Positions 17,990 to 26,161 of a stretch of 60,092 nt of DNA are shown here, one piece after another. The stretch lies in the NCBI GenBank assembly GCA_937898665.1, contig CALEIY010000017.1, positions 1 through 60,092 on the forward strand, given 5' to 3'. The DNA is from Candidatus Bathyarchaeota archaeon. GTDB lineage: Archaea; Thermoproteota; Bathyarchaeia; TCS64; B23. The notes under the pieces are model-generated. The model made no database searches. It was given only the letters and a program-made list of their open reading frames with translations, and was not told the DNA's origin. Every line of letters begins with the position of its first letter. The first letter of the stretch is position 1. The translations under genes and the position numbers were made by a program.

Positions 17990-19756
17990 TTAGGCGTAGT
18001 AGTAGCGCCCAGCCCTCCGCTGCTCCCTATCGAGTTTGGAGCCTTCCTTATTAACTCTCGGCCTCCCCGTCTCTGGGTCTCTTCGGAAGGTGATGCCCAC
18101 ATCTTTCAGGAACTTGTTCATCCCCTCTTCGAGGGTTAGGGGGCTGCTTCCATATCCCTCTCTCGCTGGCTGACCTGTGAAGACTATCAGCCTGTCGGCG
18201 ATGAAGTCTTGGGCATAGATGTCGTGTTCGACGACGAAGGCTGTCACTCCCCTCATCTTAGTGATTCTCCTTATGGCCCTGGCCATGGATAGGCGCTCCT
18301 CGACGTCTAAATAGGCGCTTGGCTCGTCGAGGAGGTAGAGGTCTGCAGGTCTCCCTAGGCATTCAGCTATGGCTGCTCGCTGTAGCTCTCCTCCGCTCAG
18401 CTCGTCTAGTTTTCTCTCCAATAATCTCCTCACGTTTAGGCGGTCTATCACCTCTACTTGGAACCAATCCTCGTCGTAGCGTTCTCCCGCCGCCCTCTTG
18501 AGGAGCTCCTCAACGGTTCCCTCGAATTCCCTGGAGGGGTATTGGGGCTTATAGCTCACCTCGGCCACCCCCTGGATGACGCCCTCATCTGGCTCGCGTA
18601 GGCCTGCCAGCATCTCTAGGAAGGTCGTCTTTCCCGTCCCGTTTTTACCCAGTATCCCTATCACCTCGCCTTCTCCTATTTCGCCGGCCTCTATGGTGAC
18701 TTGGAAGTTGTCTCTGCTCCCCCTAAGCCTGCTCCACCTCATTATGGTTCTGGACTTCTGCGGAGGTGTCGGCGGCTTCACATGGAACCTTATGGGGGCG
18801 TCCCTGAACCTTATGTTCTCATCTGGTATGTAGCCCTCGATGTAGATGTTGATGCCCTCCCTCACACCATGGATGTGGGAGAAGATTCCATAGACATCGG
18901 GTTCGCCATATAGGATGTAGATGTCGTCGGAGAGGTAGTCTAACACTGCGAGGTCATGCTCGGCGACGATCACCATCGCCCCACGCTCAGCAGCCTTCCT
19001 AATCACCCTCGCAGCCCTGAGCCTCTGATAGACGTCGAGATGGCTGGAGGGTTCGTCGAAGAGGTAGACATCAGCCTCGCGGCATAGGGCTGCAGCTATC
19101 GCCACCCGCTGTAGCTCTCCCCCGCTGAGGGTCTGGATATCTCTATTGAGGAGATGTCCGATCTCCAGGGCTTCGTATAGCTCATCGAGTCGTCCCCCCT
19201 CATCGAGGCGACTTAGGATCTCATCGACCCTACCTGAGACTACTTTCGGTATTCTATCGACGTATTGGGGCTTATAGACCGCCCTCAACCCCTCACCATA
19301 GAGTTGTTTGAGATATTCGTGGAGGGGTGTCCCTGAGAAGTGGCTTATGATCTCGGCTTCATCCGGTGGATCATCGTAACGTCCAAGATTCGGCTTCAAA
19401 TCCCCCGATAGGATTCTGAGGGCCGTCGTCTTCCCCATCCCATTTCTGCCTAGAAGCCCTATAACTCTCCCCCGTTGAGGTGTGGGAAGTCTGAAGAGGG
19501 TGAAGGCGTTTGGCCCGAAGCGGTGTATATGCTCCTCCTCCAACTTATCTGGAAGATTTACGATGCTGAGGGCCTTGAAGGGGCATTTCCTGACGCAGAT
19601 GCCGCAGCCCGTGCATAGCGGCTCTAATATGACGGCCTTGTCACCCTCGATCTTTATGGCCTCCCTCCCCAATCTGACCATGGGGCAGAACCTGACGCAT
19701 GGTATATCACATCTATCCGGCCTGCAGCGTTCCTGATCGACTACGGCTACTCTCAA
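17990..19756 (-). CDS. abce1: ABCE1 / RNase L inhibitor ribosome-recycling ATPase
   Basis: N-terminal 2x[4Fe-4S] (CRPDRCDIPCVRFCP, CTGCGICVRKCP), two Walker A motifs (GRNGMGKTT, GKNGTGKTT), two LSGGELQR signatures. Confidence 0.95.
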   Translation of the reverse strand: MRVAVVDQERCRPDRCDIPCVRFCPMVRLGREAIKIEGDKAVILEPLCTGCGICVRKCPFKALSIVNLPDKLEEEHIHRFGPNAFTLFRLPTPQRGRVIGLLGRNGMGKTTALRILSGDLKPNLGRYDDPPDEAEIISHFSGTPLHEYLKQLYGEGLRAVYKPQYVDRIPKVVSGRVDEILSRLDEGGRLDELYEALEIGHLLNRDIQTLSGGELQRVAIAAALCREADVYLFDEPSSHLDVYQRLRAARVIRKAAERGAMVIVAEHDLAVLDYLSDDIYILYGEPDVYGIFSHIHGVREGINIYIEGYIPDENIRFRDAPIRFHVKPPTPPQKSRTIMRWSRLRGSRDNFQVTIEAGEIGEGEVIGILGKNGTGKTTFLEMLAGLREPDEGVIQGVAEVSYKPQYPSREFEGTVEELLKRAAGERYDEDWFQVEVIDRLNVRRLLERKLDELSGGELQRAAIAECLGRPADLYLLDEPSAYLDVEERLSMARAIRRITKMRGVTAFVVEHDIYAQDFIADRLIVFTGQPAREGYGSSPLTLEEGMNKFLKDVGITFRRDPETGRPRVNKEGSKLDREQRRAGRYYYA

Positions 19757-19809
19757 GGATGCTCAGAGTAGAAGGGTGGAAACCCCTCTTAGACCCTTCG
19801 CTGCCAAGC

Positions 19810-21159
19810 CTAAAGGTGATAGCTCCTCCCCCTCTCCGGATTCTCAACTCTTCTCCCCCTCAATAGCCTTCTATACAACTCTGGATGCTCCGTGTGTATG
19901 GGGTAGACCCTCCTCGGATTGATGAGCTCCACGGCCTCTAGGAGTTCCCTTCGACCCATGTGGCCGGAGGCGTGGAGCTGATGTAGCCTCAGCGAGAAGT
20001 GGCTAAGCCAGTTTTTCATCAGCTCCTCCTCCAGGGCTTCCTCCTCCACATGTTCGCTCATGCTATAGATGTAGTGGCCTCCCCTGGGTTTGATGTCTAT
20101 CAGCTCTTGGAAGTGGTGGAGCTCCAGGCAGACGAGGTATTCCCAGGGGCGTCGACGTATCTCCTCCGCGGTGACCATCCTCTCCAGGTAGGGTCTCTCC
20201 CAGCGATAGTAGTCCTGCTCCCTGTATCTCCCACTTCTCTTCCTCCTGAAGTAGACTGCGATATCCTCATCTCTCATGGGGTCTGGTAAGTCTAGGCGTT
20301 CATCCTCGACGAGCTTTGAGAGTAGATGAGCCGTCCAGGTAGTGATGACCAGCCTACGCCCCGAGACCTTAGCAGCTTCATAGAAGGTTCTGAAGCGGTC
20401 GGTATCCCTCCTATTCTGGGTGTAGAAGACCGGCTTCCCCTCGGCCTCCCCCAACACCCTGAGAACCCCCTCATAGACCTCCCCCTCTGAGAGGCTTCCC
20501 TCCTCCTCATCGATCTTGGTTCCCTCTATGATGAGGGCTTCAGGCTCAGCCTCGGCGGCTGCCTCCAAGAACTCCTCCGTCATCTCACCCTTAGGGCCAT
20601 GTCTACGCAGGTCTCCGGTATAGACGATTGAACCCGATGATGTGTGGATGATGAATCCATAGGCCGCTGGAATCGAGTGATCAACATGGATCGGCTCCAC
20701 CTCCACGTCGCCCATCCTGATCCGGTCTCCCGTTCTGAAGGTCTTGTAGAGATGCTCCCCATAATCCATGTGGCCTACGGTCTCCGAGGCCTCTAAGAAG
20801 AGCTTAGTTCCTGAGCCGCAGTAGATGGGGATGGAGGAATCCAGAAACCTTACATAGTCAACGTGATCGGCGTGGGCGTGGCTGATGAAGACCGCATCAT
20901 AATGGGCCTCCTCATATGGGATTGGAGAACCCTCCAGGTGATGCTGAGCGTATAACCCTCTCAACGGGGGTATGAGATCGAACTCTAGAAGATCCATCAG
21001 CTGGCTGTGCCCTCTGGGCTGAAGCCACCCCGCATAGAAGCGTCTCTCAGCCGTAAAGGAGCGTCCGAAGTCAAGCCACAGCTTGACATCGCCATCCTCA
21101 ATGAGTATCCTATTACCCCCAATCTCCCCGACGCCGCCGTGGAAGGTTATGGAAACCAT
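19810..21159 (-). CDS. Metallo-beta-lactamase/beta-CASP ribonuclease (archaeal RNase J-like)
   Basis: HGGVGEIGGN N-terminus and the HAHADHVD zinc motif. The 449-aa size matches aRNase J. Confidence 0.75.
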   Translation of the reverse strand: MVSITFHGGVGEIGGNRILIEDGDVKLWLDFGRSFTAERRFYAGWLQPRGHSQLMDLLEFDLIPPLRGLYAQHHLEGSPIPYEEAHYDAVFISHAHADHVDYVRFLDSSIPIYCGSGTKLFLEASETVGHMDYGEHLYKTFRTGDRIRMGDVEVEPIHVDHSIPAAYGFIIHTSSGSIVYTGDLRRHGPKGEMTEEFLEAAAEAEPEALIIEGTKIDEEEGSLSEGEVYEGVLRVLGEAEGKPVFYTQNRRDTDRFRTFYEAAKVSGRRLVITTWTAHLLSKLVEDERLDLPDPMRDEDIAVYFRRKRSGRYREQDYYRWERPYLERMVTAEEIRRRPWEYLVCLELHHFQELIDIKPRGGHYIYSMSEHVEEEALEEELMKNWLSHFSLRLHQLHASGHMGRRELLEAVELINPRRVYPIHTEHPELYRRLLRGRRVENPERGRSYHL

Positions 21160-21211
21160 CGACGTATAGCATTAGGCCTTAACCCCTATATTAGCCTCAA
21201 CTTTCTCCAAT

Positions 21212-21236
21212 AATTTTTGGTTTAAAACCAAAAATT
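21212..21236. repeat. Perfect 12+1+12 palindrome in a divergent intergenic region
   Basis: AATTTTTGGTTT-A-AAACCAAAAATT, checked base by base. Confidence 0.8.
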
Positions 21237-21264
21237 TTAACATTGGCAGGGCCTAATAAGGGCG

Positions 21265-21459
21265 ATGTCGAGGAAGATAGACCTCGACGAGGTTGAATTC
21301 ATAACCGAGACCGCTATAACAATCCGTGGTTCGAGGAGGCGAACCACCGTTCCAAGTAGAATCGTCGAATACTTCCAACTGAGGGATGGGGACATACTGA
21401 GATGGATTCTATTCAGGGATGGCTCCTTAATGATCATACCGAAGCGTCGAGGTGAATGA
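21265..21459 (+). CDS. AbrB/SpoVT-fold DNA-binding protein
   Basis: ITIRGSRRRTTVPSRIVEYFQLRDGDILRW is a swapped-hairpin AbrB/MazE-like pattern. Confidence 0.7.
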   Translation: MSRKIDLDEVEFITETAITIRGSRRRTTVPSRIVEYFQLRDGDILRWILFRDGSLMIIPKRRGE

Positions 21460-21664
21460 GGTGGTTAGGAGGGGGAGCAGGAGAATATATAACTTAAGCG
21501 AGAGAACCCTAAAGATCAATAGAAAACTTTTCGGAGACTCATTCAGATGTCAATATTGTGGAGAGGAATTTGAAGTTGGCGATGTGATATATGCCGTATA
21601 TAACAAAAATGTTAAATGGTATCACAAGAAATGCTATGATCTCACATTATATGATGGTGGATGA
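21452..21664 (+). CDS. Small CCHC zinc-binding protein (hypothetical)
   Basis: CQYCGEEF...WYHKKCY. The start overlaps the upstream gene by 8 nt. Confidence 0.4.
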   Translation: MNEVVRRGSRRIYNLSERTLKINRKLFGDSFRCQYCGEEFEVGDVIYAVYNKNVKWYHKKCYDLTLYDGG

Positions 21665-21706
21665 GTTATATAAACTTCCAGGATGGGAGGACTTCGATAG
21701 GGTGAA

Positions 21707-22513
21707 ATGTTCCCTGTAATGCTCTATGTCCTCATAGCCTTCTTCTGTGGACTTGTTGATTCCTCCCTGGGAATGTGCTATGGCACTATATTATCTCCAA
21801 CCCTTCTTCTCATGGGTTATAGTCCGATAATTGTAGTGCCTTCGATCCTATTCTCCCAAGCCCTAAGTGGAGTCTTAGCAGCGATCATCCATCAACATCT
21901 GAGAAATGTCGACTTCTGTCTAAAGTCGATGGATGAAGGATCAAATGATAGGGGTCTTTCCATGGATTTAAAGGTGACCCTATGCATAACCTTACTTGGA
22001 ATAATAGCAACTATTATAGCCGTCTTAACTGCTATAACCATCCCCAGGATGATCCTTGAGACCTATATTGGAATACTTGTTCTCATAATGGGTGTTCTAC
22101 TTCTTTTTAATAAGCGTTTCAAATTCTCCTGGAATAGGATGATTATCGTGAGTATATTAAGTGCCTTTAACAAGGGTTTATCTGGTGGCGGATTCGGACC
22201 CATCGTTATCAGTGGTCAAATAATTTCTGGAAGAGAATATGGAAGATCGATCGCCACCACTATTCTTTCAAAAGCATTAGTATGTATTGTTGGCTTTCTA
22301 ATGTATCTACTTAGATGTAATCATTTAAAGTGGGATTTAATCTTTCCACTATCTGTCGGAGCTATTCTTGGATCGATTATTGGGCCCCATATAACTCAAA
22401 GGCTTAAATTGGGGGGTAGAGGGAGATTTATCCTAGGTTCCCTGATAATAGCGTTAGGTTTGTGGACTCTTTTAAGAATCTACCTGGTCGACTTTATTAG
22501 AATGGGATGTTAA
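21707..22513 (+). CDS. TauE/SafE-family anion exporter-like membrane protein
   Basis: About 8 hydrophobic helices with a two-half repeat and glycine-rich helix starts. AT-rich codon usage. Confidence 0.6.
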   Translation: MFPVMLYVLIAFFCGLVDSSLGMCYGTILSPTLLLMGYSPIIVVPSILFSQALSGVLAAIIHQHLRNVDFCLKSMDEGSNDRGLSMDLKVTLCITLLGIIATIIAVLTAITIPRMILETYIGILVLIMGVLLLFNKRFKFSWNRMIIVSILSAFNKGLSGGGFGPIVISGQIISGREYGRSIATTILSKALVCIVGFLMYLLRCNHLKWDLIFPLSVGAILGSIIGPHITQRLKLGGRGRFILGSLIIALGLWTLLRIYLVDFIRMGC

Positions 22514-23277
22514 TGTCTAAGGCGATGCCTACAAGGATTATGGCTGTCGTTGGATTCAAGGGCGCTGGGAAAACGAGGCTAATTGAGAATTTAGTGGGAT
22601 ATCTCTCATCTAAAGGATATCGGGTTGGAACCTTGAAGCATTCGACGCCGCATCACCCGCTGGATACGCCTGGGAAGGATACTTGGAGGCATAGGGAGGC
22701 TGGCGCCGAGGCTTCAGCTGTCATAGCCGATGGACGGGCCGCCATCTTCATCGATCGCCCCCTCTCCCTCGCCGAGGCTCTGGATGTCATAGGCCCCCTC
22801 GACTTCGTCATCCTGGAGGGCTTCAAATCCGTTGGGTATATACCCCGCATCCTCGTCGTCAGAACCCCTAGTGAGGTGGAGAAACTCTCCAATGGATTGG
22901 AGGTCGCCATAGTTTCCCAGAGTCCCCTCGAGGGGTTGGATGTCGAGGTCTCAACGCTTGGCTTCAGTGATGTGGAGAGGCTTGCTTCTATCGTTGAGGA
23001 GAAGTCGATCCCCCTCCTCCCTGGATTCGATTGTGGCCGATGCGGCTATGAAAGCTGTAGGGAGCTTGCCCTAGCCACCATGCGTGGGGAGGCGGATCCC
23101 TATAGATGTGTTCACCTACAGGCTGGGGATGTAGCGCTTCGAGTTGATGGTCGCAGAGTACCTCTAAACCCCTATGTTAGGAGCGTCTTTAAGGGAGTCC
23201 TCCGAGCGCTGGTCGCCACCCTGAAGGGCTGTGAGACGGCTAGGCGTATAGAGATACGGGTGGAAGGGGATGGTTGA
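22507..23277 (+). CDS. mobB: MobB-like molybdopterin-guanine dinucleotide biosynthesis adapter with C-terminal Cys-rich domain
   Basis: GFKGAGKTRL P-loop, LKHSTPHHPLDTPGKDTWRHREAGA, then CGRCGYESCRE...C. Confidence 0.75.
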   Translation: MLMSKAMPTRIMAVVGFKGAGKTRLIENLVGYLSSKGYRVGTLKHSTPHHPLDTPGKDTWRHREAGAEASAVIADGRAAIFIDRPLSLAEALDVIGPLDFVILEGFKSVGYIPRILVVRTPSEVEKLSNGLEVAIVSQSPLEGLDVEVSTLGFSDVERLASIVEEKSIPLLPGFDCGRCGYESCRELALATMRGEADPYRCVHLQAGDVALRVDGRRVPLNPYVRSVFKGVLRALVATLKGCETARRIEIRVEGDG

Positions 23278-24034
23278 GTCCCTGTGGATCTGCGTCGACA
23301 GCAATGAGGCCTCCCAGAGACCTGAGATCATCAACTATCTCAGGCTTTCCGGCTGTGAAGTGGAGGTGAGGAGGCTACCTGTCTGCGACTACGTGGTCTC
23401 TGACCGATGTGGCGTTGAGAGGAAGGATGCACAGGACTTGGCCAATAGCCTGAAGGATGGACGCCTCTTCAATCAGGCGAGGGAGATCGCTGACGCCTAT
23501 GATAGGCCCATACTGATCCTGGAGGGGAGGCTCACAGCCGTTCTGAGGCGCAGCAGGATGAGGCCCTCCTCCCTATACGGCGCCCTAGCCAGCCTAGCCC
23601 TCGACTATGGATTCTCCATCATACCCACAGTGGACCCCTACGCCACGGCGATTCTACTACAGAGGCTGGCCTACAGGGAGCAGATTGAGGAGCGGAGACC
23701 ACCACAGCTGAGAAGCGTAAGCCGGCGGATGCCGCTGCAGGAGCAGCAGCTATTCCTCCTCTCAGGACTCCCAAATATAGGTCGATCCCTCGCGGAGGAG
23801 CTCCTAAAACACTTTGGCACCCCGATAAGGGTGTTAGAGGAGCTCGCCTCAGCGGAGATCAGGCGATCCAAGACGGGTAAGACTCGGAGATTGGAGGGGC
23901 CTCTGAAGGCTGTGAGAGGTATCGGCCCGAAGATCGTTGAGGAGGCTAAGAGGCTGCTGACCACACCCTACAACGCCGAGGGGGAAGATGAGGCAACTCC
24001 AGATCTAACTAGATATCTCCATGAAGATGAGTAG
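23270..24034 (+). CDS. xpf: XPF/ERCC4-type structure-specific endonuclease, short archaeal form
   Basis: CDYVVSDRCGVERKDAQDL (ERK nuclease motif) and tandem HhH (GLPNIGRSLAEELL, VRGIGPKIVEE). Confidence 0.85.
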   Translation: MVESLWICVDSNEASQRPEIINYLRLSGCEVEVRRLPVCDYVVSDRCGVERKDAQDLANSLKDGRLFNQAREIADAYDRPILILEGRLTAVLRRSRMRPSSLYGALASLALDYGFSIIPTVDPYATAILLQRLAYREQIEERRPPQLRSVSRRMPLQEQQLFLLSGLPNIGRSLAEELLKHFGTPIRVLEELASAEIRRSKTGKTRRLEGPLKAVRGIGPKIVEEAKRLLTTPYNAEGEDEATPDLTRYLHEDE

Positions 24035-24096
24035 CGAAGCCACATCCTCCACGGCGGAGGCCAAAACTTTATCCACACCCCCCTCCAAATCTCCCT

Positions 24097-24169
24097 GGGC
24101 CCGTAGCCGAGTGGATAAGGCGCCGGCCTTCGGAGCCGGAGAGCGGGGGTTCAAATCCCCCCGGGCCCG
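24097..24169 (+). tRNA. tRNA-Arg (anticodon UCG)
   Basis: Identical to the tRNA at 17886-17958 except anticodon position 34 (loop CTTCGGA). Confidence 0.9.
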
Positions 24170-24183
24170 CTGAGGTGGCGGTG

Positions 24184-26118
24184 ATGTCGAATCCACTGGA
24201 AGAGTTGAGGGGGGAATGCCGACGTCTCCTTGAGGGAGGTCTCAGGTCTCTCTCGATATCTGAACCCCTAGAATTGGTTTTCTCCAAGCCTCCGAGTCTT
24301 GAGATGGGTGAGGTTTCAACCTCCATCTGCTTCAGGCTCGCCTCAAAGCTTCATAGGAGTCCACGGGAGCTGGCCTCAGAGCTGGCCTCAGCCCTCGATG
24401 CCTCGTCTTCACAGCTTGTAGAGTCGGTGGAGGCTGTTGGGGGTTATATAAACTTCCACGCCGATATAGGCGAGTTTTCGAGGCTGACTCTGGAGACGGT
24501 TTTGAAGCTTGATGAGGAGTATGGCTTCTTGAAGGCGGAGAGGCCTGAGAGGGTGATGGTTGAGCATACCAGCGCCAACCCGAATGGGCCTATACACATC
24601 GGGAATGCCAGGAACTCGATTCTCGGCGACGCCCTGGCGAGGATGCTGAAGAGACGTGGTCATAGGGTTGTCATACACTTCTACGTCGACGACATGGGGA
24701 GGCAGGTGGCCATGGCCACCTACGGCTGGAGACTCCTCGGCAGACCAGAACCTAAGGGGCCTCCAGACCTATGGGTTGGCACAATCTACGCCTCCGTGAA
24801 TGTCATCAAGGAGGTGAAGAGGCTTAAGAGGGAGCTGGAGGAGGCCAAGACCCTCAAGGCCTATGCACGGGTCAGCGAGATAAACGCCCAGCTCAGCCAC
24901 TATGCCGCGGCAGCTCAGGAGCTGAGGGAGAGAGATCCCCAGCTCTTCGATAGGCTCCTGGAGGCCCTGGAGGATGAGGAGGATCCCGATGGGGCGATCT
25001 CAAGGTTGAATGCCGAATATGAGCGTGGCGAACCTGAAGCGAAGAGGGATGTCAGAAGGCTCGTCGAATACTGCCTAAAGGGCTTTAAGGAGGCTCTAGG
25101 CGAGATCGGCATCCACTTCGATTCCTGGGACTATGAGAGTGACCTCGTCTGGAGTGGGGCGGTTGATGAGGTGATCAATAGGCTGAGGAGAACCCCCTAC
25201 ACACGTTTTGAGGATGGGGCGCTCGTCCTCGACTGTGAGGCCGTGGCGAGAGACCTGAAGTTGAAGGAGCGTTGGGGCATAAACCCCCGATACGAGATAC
25301 CTGAACTCGTCCTCGTGAGGGCTGATGGGACGACTCTCTACACAACGCGAGATATCGCCTATTCGCTCTGGAAGTTTGAGAGGGTTGACCGCGTCATCAA
25401 CGTCATCGGATATGAGCAGAGCACAGCCCAGCTTCAGCTTAGGATAGCCCTAGCAGCCCTCGGCCATGTCGACATCGCCGATAGGCAGCGGCATTACGCC
25501 TACAAGTTCGTCACGCTTCCAGGGTTGAAGATGAGCGGTCGATTGGGGCGCTACGTCACCCTCCGAGAGGTGGTGGAGAAGGCTGTGGAGCTTGCCTATA
25601 GGGAGGTGGATGCGAGGTCACCGGGGCTGCCAGAGGGGGAGAAGCGGCGCATCGCTGAGATGGTGGGCCATGGAGCTGTGAAGTATGCCTTGCTGAGCGT
25701 CGACCCGATGAAGACCGTCGTCTTCGATTGGGATAGGGTTTTGGACTTCGAGAGGAATAGCGCCCCCTTCATCCAATACTCCCATGCGAGGGCCTGTAGT
25801 ATACTCCGCAAGGCTGAGGATCGACCTGAACCTGATTATGGCCTGCTGAGGGATGTGAAGGAGAGGGAGCTGATCTATCTCATAGCCAGCTTCCCCGACG
25901 TCTTCCAGGAGGCCGTTGAGGCCCTCAGCCCTCAGGCCATCGCCTCCTATGCCAACCAGCTGGCTGATAAATTCAACAGCTTCTATGCCTCTCACCCCGT
26001 CTTGAAGGCTGAGCCTGAAGGCCTGGCGGGGGCGAGGCTGATGCTCGTCGACGCGGTTAGGATTGTTCTGAGGAACGCCCTATCGGTTCTTGGCATCGAG
26101 GCCCCTGAGAGGATGTAA
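24184..26118 (+). CDS. argS: Arginyl-tRNA synthetase
   Basis: SANPNGPIHIGNARN (HIGH) and overall ArgRS layout. The ATG at 24184, preceded by GAGGTG, is preferred over the track GTG at 24175. Confidence 0.95.
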   Translation: MSNPLEELRGECRRLLEGGLRSLSISEPLELVFSKPPSLEMGEVSTSICFRLASKLHRSPRELASELASALDASSSQLVESVEAVGGYINFHADIGEFSRLTLETVLKLDEEYGFLKAERPERVMVEHTSANPNGPIHIGNARNSILGDALARMLKRRGHRVVIHFYVDDMGRQVAMATYGWRLLGRPEPKGPPDLWVGTIYASVNVIKEVKRLKRELEEAKTLKAYARVSEINAQLSHYAAAAQELRERDPQLFDRLLEALEDEEDPDGAISRLNAEYERGEPEAKRDVRRLVEYCLKGFKEALGEIGIHFDSWDYESDLVWSGAVDEVINRLRRTPYTRFEDGALVLDCEAVARDLKLKERWGINPRYEIPELVLVRADGTTLYTTRDIAYSLWKFERVDRVINVIGYEQSTAQLQLRIALAALGHVDIADRQRHYAYKFVTLPGLKMSGRLGRYVTLREVVEKAVELAYREVDARSPGLPEGEKRRIAEMVGHGAVKYALLSVDPMKTVVFDWDRVLDFERNSAPFIQYSHARACSILRKAEDRPEPDYGLLRDVKERELIYLIASFPDVFQEAVEALSPQAIASYANQLADKFNSFYASHPVLKAEPEGLAGARLMLVDAVRIVLRNALSVLGIEAPERM

Positions 26119-26161
26119 CACTTTATATACTCCGCCGCGGGTGAGGCGATCCTGGTGCGCC

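Noticed and set aside
21165-22510. Considered calling the AT-rich island a mobile element
   Set aside because: No integrase, transposase, terminal inverted repeats or target-site duplications were visible. It is reported only as a compositional anomaly.
24005-24326. Two minus-strand ORFs (63 and 85 aa)
   Set aside because: They overlap tRNA-Arg(UCG) and the argS start and are spurious.
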